DNA from: Bacteroidales bacterium
GTDB taxonomy: Bacteria; Bacteroidota; Bacteroidia; Bacteroidales; UBA3824
Assembly (NCBI GenBank): GCA_017417315.1
Contig: JAFPZK010000016.1
Coordinates: 31,494 to 95,493, forward strand
DNA: 64,000 nt
Direction: 5' to 3'
Below the pieces are notes generated by a model that made no database searches, had not been told where the DNA came from, and worked only from the letters and a program-made list of their open reading frames with translations. Each line of letters opens with the position of its first letter. Positions within the stretch are counted from its first letter, which is position 1. The position numbers and the translations under genes are program-made. Shown here one piece after another: positions 54,968 to 64,000 of the stretch.

Positions 54968-56923
54968 TTATCTTTTTGCAATAAGGCGGTTTTTAAGTTT
55001 TGTAATTTCGCCTGAGTGCATTTCTATAAGGTCTATGATTTCTCTGTCTTCTTCGTTAGTTAAGTTGCTTTTCAGACGGAAAAATCCTATTGACTTGTTC
55101 AGGTCTTCGATTTTCCCGCTGATTCTGTCTGCAAAATGTGCCAAATCTTCCGCCGATTCGCTATTGTTTTGAGTAATGGTTACGAGGTGGTTAATGGCAT
55201 TTTTTATGACGAGTGTTTTTGACATTTGGTCTGTACACGTGTCCGAAATCTCTGAAATTTTTTCTGCCGCTTCTTGTATTTTCGGTGAAATTTTGTCAAT
55301 AAGTTCTACGGCATGACTTGTGATTTGAAGACTTTGTGCCGAAGATATATTGATTTCGGTTGAGGCTTTCAGACAACTTTCGGCGAGTTTGCGGATTTCG
55401 GTTGCAACTACCGAAAAACCTTTACCGTTTTCGCCGGCGCGGGCTGCCTCTACTGCCGCGTTTATTGCCAAAAGGTCTGTTCTTGTGGTGATTTCGTCAA
55501 TGATTTTTATCTTTTCGATAACGTTTTTAATACATATCAAAGTATTTTCTGATGCCTCGGTAACGGTTTGAATGTCAGAGGCTATGCCTTGCGAATTAAC
55601 GTGTGTGTTAACAGCCTTTTCGGTATTATCTCTGATAGAGTCGGCGATAGTTTCTACGGCGGCGGATATTTCTTGTACCGTTGCCGATTGAGAGCGGGCA
55701 TCTTCGGCAATCGCTCCGATTGAATTTTTCATAACGCTGCTGCTCTTGGAGATTTCTCCCGAATATTCCCTTATTTCTTTTACCGCATCGTGAACCTGTT
55801 TTTGCATTTGTTGAAGGTTGTTGCGCAAGACCATAATTTCGTCATCGGAGTTGATTTCGTTGATTGCCGAAGAATAAAGTCTGCCGAAAGTAAAATCTTT
55901 GGTAAATTTATTGACTTTGGCAAGAGGTCGTATAATTCTCTTTTTCGTTATTATGTATAGTACAAACAACAAAACTAAGATTAAAACTGCTGATACGATT
56001 ATAATAATGTATACCGTAGTGTACATATTTTTTTCGATTTCGCTTTTGGCGATGTTTAGTGTCAAAGCCCAGTTGAGACCTGCTACCATAGAGTAGAAAA
56101 TCAACATTTCTTCTTTTTGCGGGTTGTAATAATGATTAGTGCCTGTCATACGTTTTACCTCACCCGGTTTTGCGCAATGCAGACCGTCTATATGAAAACC
56201 TTTTTCCATTGCTTGTTCAATACCCGTAAATCCGTTAGAGACGAGGTATTGCATCGGTATGGTTAAGATTTTGTTGACATAATACATTCTTAAATTGTAT
56301 TCGGGGTCAACAAAACAGCAAAAACCTTTTTCGTTGATTCTCATGTCTTTTAATTCTGCGTCAATAACCGAGGCGGGAAAATTAGCGGTGAGTATGGCAC
56401 TGACGGTATCCGAACCCATATTTTTTACGGGAATTGAAATGCTGAAAACTTCGGTTTTGTAAACCTCTGATTTGTGTGCCATTTCAAAGGAGATTTGTTT
56501 TTTCTCCGAGATGATTTCTCTGAAAAATTTTCTTGTTTGGGCAGACTCTTTTTCCATGCCGGCTAAGTCCGTATAAGAAATTCCCGAAGGCAGCGTTACC
56601 TGCAAAAATGCCCATTTGTTATAATGAGAAGAAAGCATATTGCGGTATGCCGTGAAAATTTTTTCGGGGTTTTTTATATCATAACTTTTTGACAAAACAT
56701 TCAAATCGTCTGCATACCGATAAAAAATATTGCTGATATTATCGGCTTGTATGTTGATTGTCTGATGTATAGACGCACTTGTATTTTTTTTCGCCGCGCT
56801 GATGACACTATAAAACATCATGACGAAAATTAATACGACAAACACGATTACTAACGGAATAAGACCTTTGAGGTAATATGTCCAAATCGTTTTTTTACTT
56901 TTGTTGTTTGTTGTCTTTTCCAT
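54968..56923 (-). CDS. Methyl-accepting chemotaxis protein paralog 4
   Basis: Same architecture. Tip [36 protein letters not shown]. Confidence 0.85.
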   Translation of the reverse strand: MEKTTNNKSKKTIWTYYLKGLIPLVIVFVVLIFVMMFYSVISAAKKNTSASIHQTINIQADNISNIFYRYADDLNVLSKSYDIKNPEKIFTAYRNMLSSHYNKWAFLQVTLPSGISYTDLAGMEKESAQTRKFFREIISEKKQISFEMAHKSEVYKTEVFSISIPVKNMGSDTVSAILTANFPASVIDAELKDMRINEKGFCCFVDPEYNLRMYYVNKILTIPMQYLVSNGFTGIEQAMEKGFHIDGLHCAKPGEVKRMTGTNHYYNPQKEEMLIFYSMVAGLNWALTLNIAKSEIEKNMYTTVYIIIIVSAVLILVLLFVLYIITKKRIIRPLAKVNKFTKDFTFGRLYSSAINEINSDDEIMVLRNNLQQMQKQVHDAVKEIREYSGEISKSSSVMKNSIGAIAEDARSQSATVQEISAAVETIADSIRDNTEKAVNTHVNSQGIASDIQTVTEASENTLICIKNVIEKIKIIDEITTRTDLLAINAAVEAARAGENGKGFSVVATEIRKLAESCLKASTEINISSAQSLQITSHAVELIDKISPKIQEAAEKISEISDTCTDQMSKTLVIKNAINHLVTITQNNSESAEDLAHFADRISGKIEDLNKSIGFFRLKSNLTNEEDREIIDLIEMHSGEITKLKNRLIAKR

Positions 56924-56926
56924 ACG

Positions 56927-58891
56927 CTAATCTTTATTTGCAGTGAGTTTTGACCTTAACCGTATAATTTCCTGTGTGTGTTGTTCTATTTGAGAAACAA
57001 TTTCAAGTTCGTTGTCCGCTTCGGGGCGGAGTTTAAAGAAATCCAAATACAAGTTCAGTTCGTAGAGTTTTTTGTTGAGTTCCTTTGCAAAACTTTCCAT
57101 ATCGTCTGCCGAAACGGAGTTAGTTTCCGTAATGGTCATAAGTTGGTTCATTGAATCAGCGATTACTGAAACCTGTTGACGTAAAGTGTTACAAGCCTCA
57201 GAAATTTCGTCCACCTTTTTTTCGTTTGAGATGATTTCGGGTGCAATTTTACCGATCAGCGAAGTGGTCTGTTCGGTGATTTTGAGGGTCTGCGCCGAGG
57301 AAATGTCTATTTCCTGCGATGCTTTTTTGCATTGTTCTGAGAGTTTGCGGATTTCAGCGGCTACTACTGCAAAACCTTTACCGTTTTCGCCGGCTCTCGA
57401 AGCCTCTACTGCCGCATTGATGGCAAGCAAATCCGTTTTGTTGGTGATTTCGTTGATAATCAGCGATTTTGATATAACGTTTTGGATACATTCCAAAGCG
57501 TTTGACGATGTTCCAGTGATGACGGAAATGTCAGAGGAAATCCGTTTTGAAATTATGGAAGTGTCGGTTGCCGTTTTTGCATTGTTTGTTATGATGTCTT
57601 CCATGTTTGTTATGCTGACCGAAATTTCTTCTATCGTGGAGGCTTGTATTTGCGCTCCGCTCGAAACGTCAGCGATTGCCTTGTTGAGTGTTTTGTTTTC
57701 TTCGGCGATAGTTTCAGAATAGTCTTTGACGGAACTTACGGCATCAAAAATTCTGTCTTTCATAACTTGAAGTTTTGATTTTAAGTTATGAAGTTCTTTC
57801 GCCTTGTCAAAACCTTCGCCGGTCTGACTGTATATATGTCCTTCCGAAAAGTCGCTTATAAATCCGTCTATTGCAGAAAGAGGCTCCGTGATAAGCCTTT
57901 TTGTGAGTTTTTGGGTAACAAAATAAACTGTCAAAATAGTAATTATTGACAATATTGCCATCAACACTCCTAACCAATAAAGGTTGCCGTAAAAAATATG
58001 ATTGTAGACGCTCATTGAGAGAGCCATGTCTTTTATGCCGGGAATGTTGATGTAGACCATCTCCATTTTGTTCTTTTTGAACGAATCGAAAGTCGCCCTG
58101 CCGATGTATTTTTCTTTATCGTTGATGTGCGCCTGCATAGAGTCAAGCCCGTGTGAAAAAATATCATCTATGCCTGTGAATCCGACTTTCAATAATTGCG
58201 GTACGGTAAGAGTTTTTATTCCGAACTCAAAATAGCCCCTTACTCTGCCTTCTTTTTCCAAAATCGTGCAGTAACCCTCGTTGTTTACTTTGTAATGAGA
58301 GAGTTCTTCGTCGATTACCTCCGAAGGGAAATACGCTGTTAAAACGGCTTTGATGTTTCCGTCTTCGTCTCTGTCCGCTATCGAAACGCTGAATACTTCT
58401 TTGTTTTCTTCAAATTCATGCGGAAAAGCATTGCCGAAAGAAGTTTCTTCGTTTTCTTCAAATATCTGCCTAAAAAATTTTGAAGCCGTAAAATCAACCG
58501 TATCTTTTCCCGTTATGCTGTTGAAAGATTGTCCGTCTTGAAAAGTAAGACGGAAATAACTCCAAGGATTAGTGTGTCTTTCCAACAGATGATTTACCCT
58601 TTTCATGGTTTTGTCCATATTGGAATAGTCGAGAAGATATTTTATGATATTCAAATTGTCAACATACTGAGAGTATTTCAGCCCCGTGTTGACGGCGTGA
58701 ATATAGAGATTTTCGTTGACGGTGTCTACGAAATTGGTGTTGATTTTTTTGAAGACAATTATATACACCGTAAAATTAATTGTTAATACGATAAGTATAA
58801 TTGTCGGTATGAATATTCTTAGTAACTGTTCTCCTACGGTGTAATGTTCCGCAGGGTGAAGCAGTTTATTTATTTTGCTTTTTAAGTCCAT
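56927..58891 (-). CDS. Methyl-accepting chemotaxis protein paralog 3
   Basis: Same architecture. Tip [36 protein letters not shown]. Confidence 0.85.
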   Translation of the reverse strand: MDLKSKINKLLHPAEHYTVGEQLLRIFIPTIILIVLTINFTVYIIVFKKINTNFVDTVNENLYIHAVNTGLKYSQYVDNLNIIKYLLDYSNMDKTMKRVNHLLERHTNPWSYFRLTFQDGQSFNSITGKDTVDFTASKFFRQIFEENEETSFGNAFPHEFEENKEVFSVSIADRDEDGNIKAVLTAYFPSEVIDEELSHYKVNNEGYCTILEKEGRVRGYFEFGIKTLTVPQLLKVGFTGIDDIFSHGLDSMQAHINDKEKYIGRATFDSFKKNKMEMVYINIPGIKDMALSMSVYNHIFYGNLYWLGVLMAILSIITILTVYFVTQKLTKRLITEPLSAIDGFISDFSEGHIYSQTGEGFDKAKELHNLKSKLQVMKDRIFDAVSSVKDYSETIAEENKTLNKAIADVSSGAQIQASTIEEISVSITNMEDIITNNAKTATDTSIISKRISSDISVITGTSSNALECIQNVISKSLIINEITNKTDLLAINAAVEASRAGENGKGFAVVAAEIRKLSEQCKKASQEIDISSAQTLKITEQTTSLIGKIAPEIISNEKKVDEISEACNTLRQQVSVIADSMNQLMTITETNSVSADDMESFAKELNKKLYELNLYLDFFKLRPEADNELEIVSQIEQHTQEIIRLRSKLTANKD

Positions 58892-58906
58892 AATGATTAA
58901 TTTTTT

Positions 58907-61078
58907 TTAAAAATTTTCATAATTTTTGTCGCCCATATCAAGTGTTACGCCTTTATTAACAGGTTGTTCCGGCTCTGAAATTGCCGTTTGAGGCTGTTGG
59001 TTCGGTTTGTTTTGGTTTTCTTCCTCAAAAATGCCGAATCCGTCTTCGGTGTCTTTGTATAGCGAAACCTCTTTGGTATTGTTGAGCGTAGAGTCGATTA
59101 TGGAGTTTACCTCGTCTACTACGTCAGGGCTTTCTGCTATGTTTACGAGTTCTGTTTTCAGTTTCAAAATTTCTTGTGTATGACTTTCTATCATAGAAAT
59201 CATCTCATTGCGTTTGAGTTTTTTCAAAGTGTCCACTTGGAAAAAGTCGGTGCCGGCGTTCAAAACGGCGAGTTTGTCGCTGATTTGTTTTGAATAGTCA
59301 GCTATTTGATCGGCTGAGAGACGGTTGTTTGCCGTAATTTCCGCTAACTGCATTATCGCTTTGTGAACGGAAGCCGTTTTTGAAATTTGGTCAAGACAAA
59401 TCTCTGATATTTCGGCAATTCTGTCGGCGGTTTCTTTTATTTTCGGCGAAATATTGTCGATGAGTGCTACTGCATGACGTGTTATGTCAAGACTTTCAGC
59501 CGAGGAGTGATTGATGTCGGCAGAGGCTTGTTGACAACGCTCTGAGAGTTTGCGGATTTCGGAGGCTACTACGGCAAAACCTTTTCCGTTTTCGCCCGCC
59601 CTTGATGCTTCAACTGCGGCATTTATTGCCAAAAGATCTGTCCTTGTGGTTATTTCGTTTATGATTTTTAGTTTTATCAAAACGTTTTTCAAATATATCA
59701 GACTATTTTCAGATGATTTCGTAACGTTTTGAATATCTTTTGAAATGCTTTCAGAGGCTTCTCTTGTTGCCTGTGTTTTTTCGTTAGTTTTTTTTATGGA
59801 GTCGATAATTTGGTTTATCGAATTAGAAATATTATCAACGGTTTGTTGTTGAACTTTGGCATCGGCGGAGATATTGTTTACCGAGCGTGCCCATATCTTG
59901 CTGCCTTCGTTGAAACTGTCGGAATATTCCTTTATGTTTTTTACCATTTCAGCGAGCCGACTCTGCATGGATTGAAGACTGTTTTTCAAAACAGAAAATT
60001 CGTCCGTAGTGTTTTTGAAATTATGTTTGCCGTCTAATTTTAGAGGTACGGAGTAGAGTTTGCCTTTCGAGAAATCTTTTGCTATTTCGTTGATTTCGCC
60101 CAGCGGTGTCAACACGTATTTGTCGGTGATTAATTTTACGAATACCACAATTAATATCAAGACGATAACCGTAAGGATAATCATTATTTTCAGAATAAGG
60201 TTTGAGGAGGCATGCAAAACGGCAGAGGGGACGTTAATACTTACGCCCCAAGGTGTTCCGTCGATTTTAGCAAAATATGCCACCATTTTATCACCGTCTT
60301 TGTTATAATATTCGCCTTTTGCGTTTACGTTATAATTCCGCATGAAATTGTCGTAGAGTTTGTAGAAGTCTTTATTGCCGTTTTTTTCGGTTTCTTCGGC
60401 AGTGGTGTTGACATAGTCTTGGTCGAGGACTCTCATATTGAGGGTTTCGTCTACGATTGCGACGAAACCTTCGCCGTTGATTTTCATTTTTTGCAGCATT
60501 TTGTCCATTTTTGTGGTCGCAAATGTCGCTGACAATGACGCTATGACATTTCCGGCGGTGTCTTTTACCGGAATCGTAACGCTGAAAACATCGTCTTTAA
60601 TGATGTCAGTATGATGTGATATTCTGAAACTTATGTCTTTTTTGTCGATGAAAATTTCGCGGAAATATTTTCTTATTTTGGTGTTTACCGTATCCAAATA
60701 CGTGTAGTTTGTCCATGTTGTGCCGTCAGGGACGGTAATTCTGAGATAAGCCCATTCGTTGGAGTGTTTATAAAGCGTTTCGTTGGCTTTTTTGATAAAA
60801 CCCGATATGTCTCCGGGCGTGAAATACGATTTCAGAATATTTAAATCGTCGATGTATCTGTGCAGAAGATTCGACAAGTTATCGCTCTGAATGTTTACCG
60901 TCTGCAAAGCCATTTCTTGGGTTTTTGACTGTACGTCGTCGCTTATGGTGCGGTAAATCGTAAAATTCATGACGATAATCATAACAAGCACCGTCGGAAA
61001 AATATAATGAATGTATTTTTTCCAAATCGTGCTGTCTGAGGAATGAGTTATCTGTTTTATGATGTTTCTTAGGTTCAT
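58907..61078 (-). CDS. Methyl-accepting chemotaxis protein paralog 2 (long tail ending NYENF)
   Basis: Same architecture. Tip [36 protein letters not shown]. Confidence 0.85.
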   Translation of the reverse strand: MNLRNIIKQITHSSDSTIWKKYIHYIFPTVLVMIIVMNFTIYRTISDDVQSKTQEMALQTVNIQSDNLSNLLHRYIDDLNILKSYFTPGDISGFIKKANETLYKHSNEWAYLRITVPDGTTWTNYTYLDTVNTKIRKYFREIFIDKKDISFRISHHTDIIKDDVFSVTIPVKDTAGNVIASLSATFATTKMDKMLQKMKINGEGFVAIVDETLNMRVLDQDYVNTTAEETEKNGNKDFYKLYDNFMRNYNVNAKGEYYNKDGDKMVAYFAKIDGTPWGVSINVPSAVLHASSNLILKIMIILTVIVLILIVVFVKLITDKYVLTPLGEINEIAKDFSKGKLYSVPLKLDGKHNFKNTTDEFSVLKNSLQSMQSRLAEMVKNIKEYSDSFNEGSKIWARSVNNISADAKVQQQTVDNISNSINQIIDSIKKTNEKTQATREASESISKDIQNVTKSSENSLIYLKNVLIKLKIINEITTRTDLLAINAAVEASRAGENGKGFAVVASEIRKLSERCQQASADINHSSAESLDITRHAVALIDNISPKIKETADRIAEISEICLDQISKTASVHKAIMQLAEITANNRLSADQIADYSKQISDKLAVLNAGTDFFQVDTLKKLKRNEMISMIESHTQEILKLKTELVNIAESPDVVDEVNSIIDSTLNNTKEVSLYKDTEDGFGIFEEENQNKPNQQPQTAISEPEQPVNKGVTLDMGDKNYENF

Positions 61079-61093
61079 AATTTTCTTTTTTTT

Positions 61094-63025
61094 TTACGCG
61101 TTAAACTGCCGGTCTTTTTCTTCCAACTCTTGACGGAGTTCCGTGATTTTGTCGGAATGTTCCTTTATTTGGGCTGAAAGTTCTTCTATTTTTTCTTTCT
61201 TTGTGTCTGTCAGTTTAAAAAACTGTATGTTTTTCAACAAATCGTTTGCAAATTTGCCGAAATTATCCGCTTTTGTAGCGAGGATTTCGGATAGTGCCGA
61301 ATTTTCGACCGAAATTTGCGTAAGTTGCTGGATTGCGTTGTTGATTTGTGAAGCACCGTTTTTTTGTTCGGCGCAGGCAACGGCTATTTCCGAAACTTTG
61401 TCGGCGTTGTCTTTGATTCTCGGAGTTATGTTTTCAATCAGCGAGGTTGACTCTTCCGTGATTGCAAGTGTTTCGTTTGAGGCTTCGTCGATTTGAGTGG
61501 AAGCCGTTTTGCATCTTTCGGCGAGTTTTTTGATTTCTGCCGCTACGGTCGAAAATCCTTTACCGTTTTCTCCCGCTCTTGAAGCCTCAACAGCCGCATT
61601 CACCGCTAATAAGTCGGTTTTTTTGGCGATGTCGTTGATGATTTTGATTTTTTCGATAATCATCTTTATACTTTCGAGACTCTTGTCGGAGGCTGAAAGT
61701 ACGGCGTTGATGTCATTTGCTATTGCCTCAGAATTTCTGCGGGTGTTTTCGGCATTGCTTGCCGTTTGTGTTATTGACGAAGAAATCTGCTCGATTGTCG
61801 CCGAAATTTCTTCTATTGCCGAAGACTGGTCGCCGGCGCGTTTGTAAATCGTATCGGCTGAGTCGTTGAGTTCATGACTGTTTTTGGTGATTTTGCCGGT
61901 GTTCTTCTTTATTTCCGTCATGGTATCAATCAGTTTCTTCGACATTTTTGTCATGTTTTGCGCAAATTCGCCTATTTCGTCGGAATAATAAGTATTTTGA
62001 TTATCAGCGTTGTACATAATGCCGTCAGAAAACTCTTTTACCGTCTGTTGAAGTTTATCCATCGGTTTTACGACCCTTTGTCGTATGTGAATGTAAAAGA
62101 ATATCATCACGCAAATCAAAATCAAGATGTTGACGATGATGAACAAATTTCTTAAATGCACTCTTACGCCGTCTATACTGCTGAACCTTTCGTATATGAT
62201 AAGATACCATCTTGTCCCTAAAATGCCGTGAAATGAGGTTTCAAATTTTTCGCCCGTAGAAGAGTTTATTATTTCTTGTAGACCTGACGGTACGCCGTTA
62301 TTGATTCTGCTTTTCAGAAGTGCCTGACCCTCTAAGATCCGGGAGTCGGCTATGTTGAAGTTTTGGGCATCGTAGTTAGGTGATTTTGCGATGACGGTAT
62401 TGAAGTCGTCCCGTTTTACGATAAGTGCGCCGCCGTCGGGATAGAGGTTAGAGTCTGAAATGATGTTGTCGATTTCATGAGCGTTTAAAGCAAGCGTGAT
62501 GTATCCTACGAGACTTTTTTTCTTGTAGTACGGCACGCTGACGTAAAACACTTCTTTTGTAATATCCGATATATCAACATAGCGGTCGCTGATATAATAT
62601 TGGTCTATGTATTTTAGCCCTTGTTCAAAGCGTTCTTGTCCTGAGATGTTTTCGGTATAATTGCCGATAGTGCTTGTGGTCGTACCGAAAATATCGGTAA
62701 ATTGTCCGTACCGAACAAGCACGTCGCTGCTGTCGGCGATGTGTGACAATACGGGCATAATGAAATTTTTATCTGCATCTTTTAGCGACAGTTCTTTGGA
62801 CAGTGCTTTCAACAGTCTTGCCGAAGATTGTATTTGTTGAGAGACGAGGTTTGCCTGCGCTTGTGCAATTTTGCTTTCGCTCCTAATGGTGTTGCCGAAA
62901 TTGAGCCGTTGGAAATTTTTCAGCAGAAAAAAATCCGCACCTATAACCAAGCATATCGTTAGCAACAATATTCTGACAACCAAAACCGAAACTAAGGATT
63001 TGCGTTTAAAAACTATGGTTTTCAT
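61094..63025 (-). CDS. Methyl-accepting chemotaxis protein paralog 1
   Basis: Same architecture. Tip [36 protein letters not shown]. Confidence 0.85.
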   Translation of the reverse strand: MKTIVFKRKSLVSVLVVRILLLTICLVIGADFFLLKNFQRLNFGNTIRSESKIAQAQANLVSQQIQSSARLLKALSKELSLKDADKNFIMPVLSHIADSSDVLVRYGQFTDIFGTTTSTIGNYTENISGQERFEQGLKYIDQYYISDRYVDISDITKEVFYVSVPYYKKKSLVGYITLALNAHEIDNIISDSNLYPDGGALIVKRDDFNTVIAKSPNYDAQNFNIADSRILEGQALLKSRINNGVPSGLQEIINSSTGEKFETSFHGILGTRWYLIIYERFSSIDGVRVHLRNLFIIVNILILICVMIFFYIHIRQRVVKPMDKLQQTVKEFSDGIMYNADNQNTYYSDEIGEFAQNMTKMSKKLIDTMTEIKKNTGKITKNSHELNDSADTIYKRAGDQSSAIEEISATIEQISSSITQTASNAENTRRNSEAIANDINAVLSASDKSLESIKMIIEKIKIINDIAKKTDLLAVNAAVEASRAGENGKGFSTVAAEIKKLAERCKTASTQIDEASNETLAITEESTSLIENITPRIKDNADKVSEIAVACAEQKNGASQINNAIQQLTQISVENSALSEILATKADNFGKFANDLLKNIQFFKLTDTKKEKIEELSAQIKEHSDKITELRQELEEKDRQFNA

Positions 63026-63103
63026 ACAAAATAGCGAATTTTTAGATTACAAAATTAAAATCATACAAATTTCAGGCAAAAACTGTCGCTTTTGAATGAA
63101 ATT

Positions 63104-64000
63104 TTATTTGTTAATATGCAGAATGTGTCCCATTCTGTCTTTTTTCGTCAGCATGTACCTTTTATTGTATTGGTTGACGGGTATTTCTATCGGGACGTTT
63201 TCTACGATTTCGAGTCCGAATGCCTCCAAGCCGACACGTTTTACGGGGTTGTTGGTCAAAAGCCGCATTTTTTTTACGCCGAGTTTTCTTAAAATTTCAG
63301 CACCTACGCCGTAATCTCTTTCATCGGGGTCAAAACCGAGGTGAATGTTAGCGTCTACCGTATCCATGCCTTCTTCTTGAAGTTTGTATGCTTTTATCTT
63401 GTTGAAAAGCCCTATTCCTCTGCCTTCCTGACTCATATATAAAAGCACACCTTTTCCGGCTTTGTCGATTTCCTGCATTGCCTTGTGAAGTTGATCACCG
63501 CAATCGCAACGGAAACTTCCGAAAATATCTCCTGTTGCACAAGAAGAATGAACTCTTACCAAAACGGGTTCGTCTTCGTCCCAAGTGCCTTTTACGAGAG
63601 CCGAATGTTCAAGACTGTTGTTTAACTGACGGAAAACCGTCATCTTGAAATTTCCGTATTTTGTCGGCATAATTACCTGAGGTCCGCTTTCTACGGTAGT
63701 TTCTTTTTTCAGCCTGTAAGCGATGAGGTCGGCTATTGACACGATTTTTATGTCGTATTTTTGGGCGATTTCTTCCAACTGAGGAAGTCTTGCCATTGTG
63801 CCGTCAGGGTTTAAGATTTCTATTAACGCCGCTGCCGGATAAAGTCCCGCCAAACGTGCAAAATCTACTGCTGCTTCCGTATGTCCGGCACGTTTCAAAA
63901 CGCCTCTGTCCTGAGCGTAAAGCGGATTGATATGTCCGGGTCTTGCAAAACTTTCAGGAGTAGACTTCGGGTCTGCCAAAGCGCGTATGGTTGCCGTGCG
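63104..64000 (-). CDS. ribBA: Bifunctional 3,4-dihydroxy-2-butanone-4-phosphate synthase / GTP cyclohydrolase II (3' part; gene continues beyond the window)
   Basis: RPGHINPL and GHTEAAVD (RibB part), then HSSCATGD...CDCG (RibA zinc site). The frame is open to position 64000 (..[11 protein letters not shown]..). Confidence 0.9.
   Translation of the reverse strand, partial: RTATIRALADPKSTPESFARPGHINPLYAQDRGVLKRAGHTEAAVDFARLAGLYPAAALIEILNPDGTMARLPQLEEIAQKYDIKIVSIADLIAYRLKKETTVESGPQVIMPTKYGNFKMTVFRQLNNSLEHSALVKGTWDEDEPVLVRVHSSCATGDIFGSFRCDCGDQLHKAMQEIDKAGKGVLLYMSQEGRGIGLFNKIKAYKLQEEGMDTVDANIHLGFDPDERDYGVGAEILRKLGVKKMRLLTNNPVKRVGLEAFGLEIVENVPIEIPVNQYNKRYMLTKKDRMGHILHINK

Noticed and set aside
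53343-61847. A family of plus-strand ORFs (53343-53645, 55350-55571, 57186-57722, 59550-59732, 61497-61847) sharing RISEATT.KP.PFSPA..ASTAA.IAKRSVL
   Set aside because: They are the antisense translation of the conserved MCP signalling tip (..[17 protein letters not shown]..). Their similarity reflects paralogy of the sense genes, not independent coding.
1-64000. tRNA, rRNA, tmRNA or known riboswitches in the longer intergenic regions (3932-4092, 19372-19554, 27677-28134, 28570-28965, 32421-32655, 40401-40674, 46920-47099)
   Set aside because: I saw no cloverleaf-compatible sequence (no GTTCGAATC-type T-arm) and no conserved riboswitch core. A tRNAscan-SE or Infernal run is needed for certainty.

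Overview
AT-rich chromosomal segment that looks Bacteroidota-like. Many genes sit 10-60 nt downstream of the TAnnTTTG promoter motif, lipoprotein signal peptides are common, and BlaI/BlaR1-TonB, TolC/HlyD/ABC-2, Rpn, RhuM and DUF4143-type genes are present. I support about 60 protein genes. I found no rRNA, tRNA or CRISPR array by eye. The backbone is housekeeping: leuB, a FabB-like KAS, a TrpB2-like enzyme, deoC, dtd, pdxA, upp, rsmI, a YebC-family gene, ribF, rmuC, PFOR/nifJ and ribBA. Three accessory patches stand out. (i) 5.4-8.8 kb holds an expansin-like lipoprotein, a DUF4143 ATPase behind three 17-bp direct repeats, and a PRTase-like gene coupled to a HicB antitoxin with no HicA. (ii) 39.5-43.3 kb holds an Rpn nuclease, a (CAACG)5 microsatellite, and a Big_2/FISUMP lipoprotein whose last 163 nt switch abruptly to GC-rich NNC codons (DGR variable-region-like), followed by RhuM. 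(iii) 47.1-63.0 kb holds a DUF234 ATPase, two glycosyltransferases, a stand-alone reverse transcriptase, and five tandem methyl-accepting chemotaxis protein paralogs. The best candidate for an undescribed system is the compact minus-strand operon orf152 / structured non-coding RNA / reverse transcriptase at 50.8-52.7 kb. It has retron- or DRT-like architecture, but the RT motifs do not match the group II, retron or DGR signatures I know. All functional calls rest on my own recognition of motifs in the translated ORFs. No database search was run.
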